NCBI GenBank assembly: GCA_017654855.1
Contig: CM030332.1
Coordinates: 3,286,001-3,350,000 of the forward strand
From: Podospora anserina
Taxonomy: Eukaryota
DNA: 64,000 bases
Reading direction: 5' to 3'
Below the pieces are notes generated by a model. That model had not been told where the DNA came from. It ran no database searches and worked only from the letters and a program-made list of their open reading frames with translations. Position numbers and translations under genes: made by a program. Shown one piece after another: positions 58,831-64,000 of the stretch (its first letter is position 1; each line of letters starts with the position of its first letter).

Positions 58831-60921
58831 ATTGTGCCTCGCCTTGTCGCAGGTTGACAGGAAAACCTTCTGCAACAGCTGCAAGGCTGATGCCTGACTA
58901 AGAATCCGGAAGCCATCTCATTGGCTGTTTCAAATGGATGTGAAGCGAGAGCGGGCGCCGGGACTTATCAGCGGCTGTCAATTGGTGCCCGGCTTTTGGA
59001 GAAAGTCCCACTTGGAAAATAACCCCGCCATATTTTTCCTTTGCCATATAAAACGACTTTGACAAGATATTCAGATGAAGATTTCCTCCAAGACGCCCGC
59101 TTGATTGTGCGCATCCAATTGTATATTCTCAATTTACTCGCTAACACGGACTTGTATGCCCTAGAAGACCCCCTCCAGGAGGGACTCTTGAGAAGCCCAT
59201 ACCTTTCAAGACTCTACAAGACTCCAGACGACTCACACCACGATCCCCACATCCTCATACCTGCCACCACTTTCTCATCATATTCGGTCCTGATTCTCAG
59301 ACTGGGAATAAACTTCAGGAACGTCGGAAAAGAAACCGGCTCCGATCTAGCAAACGTTTCCGTAGCCGCCGCTAATGACAGGTCTACTGAACACAGTTGT
59401 GCTTCTAGGACTCAGCATATTCAGAACCGACATGTACGAGGGACAATCACCCCCACATCGAGATGGCGGTCAACATAACAGTATGAGGCTCTGCTGTAGA
59501 ACGTATACTCGACTCCCTCGGATATCTTTGGTCGTCGAGGTGACTCTACTAACAAGTTACACAGTGACTCTACTGCTCAACTAAGTTGAGAGTGTGTGAT
59601 TCATTTTCGCGGCCACTGTATCATGGACCGACCCAAGGGATTATAAGGTTTCGGTAGCCGCACCCGATGTTGGACAAGTTGACATCGTCTGAACGGACTT
59701 TTACCCCTTCTGTCAAAAGATGAAGAGAAGTGTCGAGTTAAAGATCGCCCTGTGCACCCCCAAATCGCATCCCGTGACAGTGGGATTTATACTGCAGAAG
59801 AGCACCACCGCCGGACTGGTTCCCGTATTTCGCAATTGGCTCAGCAGCCCGCCGCCGCCTCTGCATCGGTCTGGAATAGCCAATCTCCTCCATGTTTGAA
59901 CCACCTTTTTTTAATTTTTTTTTAGGTGAATCCTTGCAGTGGAATCTGAAAGTGCCGGAGAAGGCTTGCCAAAAGAGGCTCGTCGCCAAAAACCCCTGAA
60001 TACGGTGGATACGGCATAGACGGTCCGGTATACAATGGACAACACCGACTTTTATGGCGGTAGATGGTATCTACAAACTGTTGATGTTGCACTGTTGAGT
60101 ATATCCGAGTCTTGTCCGATCTCGACAAAATCCATGGGGTTTTCGATCGCATTCTGGACATCGAATTGCGGGGAGAAATCGGGGTAAGACGGCTGAAAGT
60201 CCAGACTGACACACTGGCAGCGTGGTAGCAACCGCTCAATCGCCCGGAGACGGGCGCCGTAAGCATGGCGCGAACGGGGGTGACAGGGGAACGAATGCTG
60301 CCTCTTGGCATCAAGAGCTGGGATGATGGATAGTGGCCAAGAAGCCAAGGGGACCTGGGCTTGCTTCTGGCCTGCTTCGTTTGCTCTTTTGAAAGTTCCC
60401 ATCTGGACCGACACGAAGTTCAAAACAAAGGCCTGCGCTCCCTTCAAGGCAGCAATAGCGCTTGATTAGAACGCCCTACCGACAACCTTGCGGCGACTTC
60501 CCCCTTACGCAATTCCTCGTTGCTCAGGCTCTCACTTACGTACGCGTGTGGATCCAGTCCTACAGACAATTCCTTGTCGCTCATTCGTTTGTTCCCAAAG
60601 GCTGCCACAGCAGGAGCTCCGATACAACGCAGGCAGTCAATATACCTCCCTTGAGAACTCGGGCTTCGGATCTGTTCGTTTTCCGTATCTTCTAGGACCA
60701 AGCTTGTTGTGTCCTTTACCCGCATAGGACCTACAGAGTCTTTGACAGATATCTGCTTAACACTTATAAGGCACAGCCTCTCTCTTGTTGTTTGTTTCCC
60801 TTTTGGACGACATCAAGAACAACACGCGGCTCCACAAAGTCCCTTGCCCCTTTTCTGACCACCCCAATGCTCTCTTGATTGGTATTAGCCAGTCCAAACC
60901 TCTTCTCAGAGTCCATTCACA

Positions 60922-63900
60922 ATGGCAAGTGAGGTAGAGAGTATAGGGAAATCAGATCCCACCCAAGTTTCTGAAAACAACAAACCGGACTCTCTCGATC
61001 ATGCCACCAACGAAAAGAACGATGCGCCTGCTGTGACACCACCACCCAAGGACCCTCAGGCGCGCCCTGAAAGAGAGGCTACTTTCAAGGACTACCTACG
61101 GGTCTTCACCTATGCGACAAAATGGGACTTTGCCATGATGGTGGCCGCTGGCGTGGCTAGTATCGGCGCTGGTACCACGATGCCGCTCATGAACATTGTC
61201 TTTGGAAGACTGATTGGCGACTTTAACAACTATTTCACCCCCGCTGCTCAGTCACAGTCGGATTTCGAGGCACAAACCAACAAGATGGCGCTTTACATCT
61301 TTGGTCTGTTCATCGCCCGCTTCGGCCTCAACTACATCAACAAGTTCTGCTTCCGTCTCATTGGTATCCGCATGTCTGCCGCTATCAGATTGCATTACAT
61401 GAGATCTCTCTTTGGCCAAACGATTCACGTCCTTGACTCGATGCCCTCTGGAGCCGCAGCCAGCACCATCACCGGAACATCCAACACGCTGCAGCTCGGT
61501 ATCTCAGAGAAGCTGGGCACCTTCCTCGAGTTTTCTTCCACCATCACCACCGCCATCATCGTCGCTTTTACTTACGATTGGGCCCTCGCTCTCGTTACAT
61601 CCTCCGTCATTCTGTTCATTGCTTTGGTCATCGGCACCATGCTCCCTTTTATTCTCAAAGGTCAAACAAGGCTCACCAAGGCCGAGGCAAAGGGCACATC
61701 TGTCGCGACAGAGTCCTTCAGCGCCATCAGAATGATCAGCTCCTGCGGCGCAGAGTCTCGCATGGCGAAGAAGTACGCCGAATGGGTCAAGAAGGCGAGA
61801 CAAGCCGCCCAGTTTTCCTCTCCCTTCTTCTCGATCCAGTTTGGCGGCATATTCTTTGGCCTGTACGGTTCTTTTGCTTTGGCTTTCTGGTACGGGATGA
61901 AGTCTGTGGTGGAGGGACGGATCGACAACATTGGGACGATCATCATTGTGCTCACATCTGTGATGATGATGGTCATCTCTCTCGAGCGCATCTCCACCCC
62001 GCTTATTGCGGTTTCAAAGGCTATGGTTGCTGCTGCCGAGTTTTTTGCTGTTATCGATGCGCCAAAGCCGAAGATGGGAACGCTCAAGGAGCCGGATGTG
62101 ACTGCGGATCAGGATATTGTTTTTGAGGACGTGGTGTTTGCTTACCCGAGTCGGCCGTCGAAAAAGGTGCTGGATGGGCTTAACTTGAGGATTGCGGCGA
62201 ATATGAACACGGCTATTGTTGGGCCTTCGGGGTCGGGGAAGAGCACGATTGTGGGGCTGATTGAGGGGTGGTATACGCTTCATGATCAGTATGTTATTGC
62301 CAAGGCTGTGGCGAAGGATCCGGCGAAGGAGAAGAAGGAGAAGGAGAAGGAGAAGAAGAGGAAGGAGGGGAAGGTTGTTGAGAAGAGTGAGGATGAGGAG
62401 GAGGATGGACCGGCGCCTATTGATGCTGAGGATGTTGGTCCTCCTGTTGAGCTGAGCGGGAGTATTTCGACTTGCGGGAAGGAGTTGGGGGATATTGACA
62501 TCAAGTGGTGGAGATCGCAGATTGGTCTTGTTCAGCAGGAGCCCTTCCTGTTCAATAATACCATCTTTGAGAATGTCGCTACTGGGCTTATTGGGACTGA
62601 GCATGAGAATGCGTCCAAGGAAGAGAAGATGAAGTTGGTCAAGGAGGCTTGTGCTGAGAGTTTTGCTGACGAGTTTATCGACCGGTTGCCGGATGGTTAT
62701 GAGACCCAGGTTGGAGATTCCGGTGCCAAGTTGAGCGGTGGGCAGAGACAGCGCATTGCTATTGCCCGGAGTATCATCAAGAAGCCCAAGATTCTGATTC
62801 TGGACGAGGCTACCTCTGCCATCGATGTTCGCGGAGAGCGCATCGTTCAGGCTGCGCTCGAGAGAGCCTCCAAGGGCCGCACCACCATCACTATTGCCCA
62901 TCGGCTGTCTACCATCAAGAACGCGGATCGCATTATTGTCTTGCAAAACGGAAAGGTCGCTGAAGAAGGTACCCATGACGGTCTTCTTGCCAACGAGCTC
63001 GGTGTCTACTACGGTCTTGTTCACGCCCAGAAGCTGTCGCTTGGTGAGGACACTGGCGAGGATAACCTCCAGGAGGAAGATATCGCCGCCGTTCTGACGA
63101 GGGAGAAGAGCGCCGCAATCTCAGAAAAGGACGGCACCAAGAAGAGTGTTCCCGTTTGGAAGGATCGCAACCTCATCAATGGTTTTGGCAAGCTCCTGTC
63201 AGAGCAGAAGAGCAGATTTCCCTTCTACATCATCGCCCTCGTCGGTGCCATGGGAGCGGCCTCTGCTATTCCCATTCAAGCTTACCTCTTCGCCCAAGTC
63301 GTCGGCGTCTTCCAAGACCCCCTCAATCTGCTGGAAGGAGCCACATTCTGGTCCAAGATGTGGGCTGCCCTCGCTGCCGGCGTGGGCTTCAGCTACTTCC
63401 TCACAACCTACGTCTCAACCAGCGTTGAAGGCTTCATCTCGGCTGCCTACAAGCAAGAGTACTTTGAATCAATCCTCTTCCAACCCACATCCTACTTTGA
63501 CAAAGACGACAATGCCACTGGACAGCTCACCGCCCGGTTATCGTCTGACCCTCAGGCCTTGAAAGAAATGCTCGGCATCAACATCATGATGATGCTCATC
63601 GGCGTCTTCTCCCTCATCGGTGCCCTTACCATCTCCTTCGCCTTTGGCTGGAAACTCGCCCTGGTAGCCACCTGCGTCACCGTCCCTATGGGTTTGCTGG
63701 CGGGGTACTACCGCATCCGTTACGAGCTCCAATTCAACGCCATGAACGAAGCCGTCTTCCAGGAGTCGTCCAAGTTTGGCGCCGAGTCCATTTCCGCCTT
63801 CCGCACTGTCAGTGCTCTCGTCATGGAAGACAGCATCTGCAACCGGTATTCCAACCTCCTCAACGGGCACGTAACCGGCGCGTACAAAAAGGCTCGCTGG

Positions 63901-64000
63901 ACAACCTTCATCTTTGCCTACGCTGACTCTGTCGGGCTGGGCTGCACCGCTCTCATCCTCTGGTACGGCGGCCGTCTCCTCGCCGCAAGGGAATACGATG
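60922..64000 (+). CDS. ABCB/MDR full-length ABC transporter (3' end beyond window)
   Basis: Open frame from ATG 60922 to the window end, so absent from the ORF track. TMD1 (GTTMPLMNIVFG, GISEKLG), Walker A GPSGSGKS (62221), QQEPFLF, LSGGQRQR, ILDEATSA, IAHRLST, then TMD2. Confidence 0.95.
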   Translation, partial: MASEVESIGKSDPTQVSENNKPDSLDHATNEKNDAPAVTPPPKDPQARPEREATFKDYLRVFTYATKWDFAMMVAAGVASIGAGTTMPLMNIVFGRLIGDFNNYFTPAAQSQSDFEAQTNKMALYIFGLFIARFGLNYINKFCFRLIGIRMSAAIRLHYMRSLFGQTIHVLDSMPSGAAASTITGTSNTLQLGISEKLGTFLEFSSTITTAIIVAFTYDWALALVTSSVILFIALVIGTMLPFILKGQTRLTKAEAKGTSVATESFSAIRMISSCGAESRMAKKYAEWVKKARQAAQFSSPFFSIQFGGIFFGLYGSFALAFWYGMKSVVEGRIDNIGTIIIVLTSVMMMVISLERISTPLIAVSKAMVAAAEFFAVIDAPKPKMGTLKEPDVTADQDIVFEDVVFAYPSRPSKKVLDGLNLRIAANMNTAIVGPSGSGKSTIVGLIEGWYTLHDQYVIAKAVAKDPAKEKKEKEKEKKRKEGKVVEKSEDEEEDGPAPIDAEDVGPPVELSGSISTCGKELGDIDIKWWRSQIGLVQQEPFLFNNTIFENVATGLIGTEHENASKEEKMKLVKEACAESFADEFIDRLPDGYETQVGDSGAKLSGGQRQRIAIARSIIKKPKILILDEATSAIDVRGERIVQAALERASKGRTTITIAHRLSTIKNADRIIVLQNGKVAEEGTHDGLLANELGVYYGLVHAQKLSLGEDTGEDNLQEEDIAAVLTREKSAAISEKDGTKKSVPVWKDRNLINGFGKLLSEQKSRFPFYIIALVGAMGAASAIPIQAYLFAQVVGVFQDPLNLLEGATFWSKMWAALAAGVGFSYFLTTYVSTSVEGFISAAYKQEYFESILFQPTSYFDKDDNATGQLTARLSSDPQALKEMLGINIMMMLIGVFSLIGALTISFAFGWKLALVATCVTVPMGLLAGYYRIRYELQFNAMNEAVFQESSKFGAESISAFRTVSALVMEDSICNRYSNLLNGHVTGAYKKARWTTFIFAYADSVGLGCTALILWYGGRLLAAREYD

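Noticed and set aside
1-64000. Stop-codon readthrough or cryptic PTS1 signals, transposons, RIP-degraded AT-rich islands
   Set aside because: No TGA-CTA context at the stops I checked. No transposase/RT motifs, terminal repeats or extended AT-rich relic blocks were seen by eye.

Overview
Gene-dense, intron-containing fungal DNA. Gene content, short GT-AG introns with CTAAC/CTGAC branch points and G-rich 3' ends point to a Sordariales ascomycete, probably Podospora-like (inference). About 22 protein genes are supported: CGR1, a PX-domain YPR097W/Lec1-like gene, SDH1, ADE16/17, a GH125 protein, a sterol esterase-like lipase, PEX6, an SH3BGR/glutaredoxin-fold protein, a GPI cell-wall protein, a PIB1-like FYVE-RING protein, CDD1, an LSD1-type demethylase, VPS33, a UBE2W-like E2, CMK1, HTS1, an ABCB transporter truncated by the window end, and several hypothetical proteins. 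There are also two Pol III genes. The best signals absent from the ORF track are: (1) a U6 snRNA gene interrupted by a 59-nt spliceosomal intron, with TATA, an internal A box and a downstream B box set inside a tRNA-sized relic; (2) a hidden 41-aa Cys/His-rich micropeptide gene with its own TATA box and 5'-UTR intron; (3) two GC-AG introns (CDD1, VPS33); (4) an 11-exon dual-start HTS1 with 11- and 12-nt micro-exons and a CPC-1/Gcn4 site; (5) a CBC:HapX-type bipartite motif upstream of SDH1. No transposon or CRISPR array was seen. Gene names come from recognising motifs by eye, not from database searches, and exon boundaries were read by hand.
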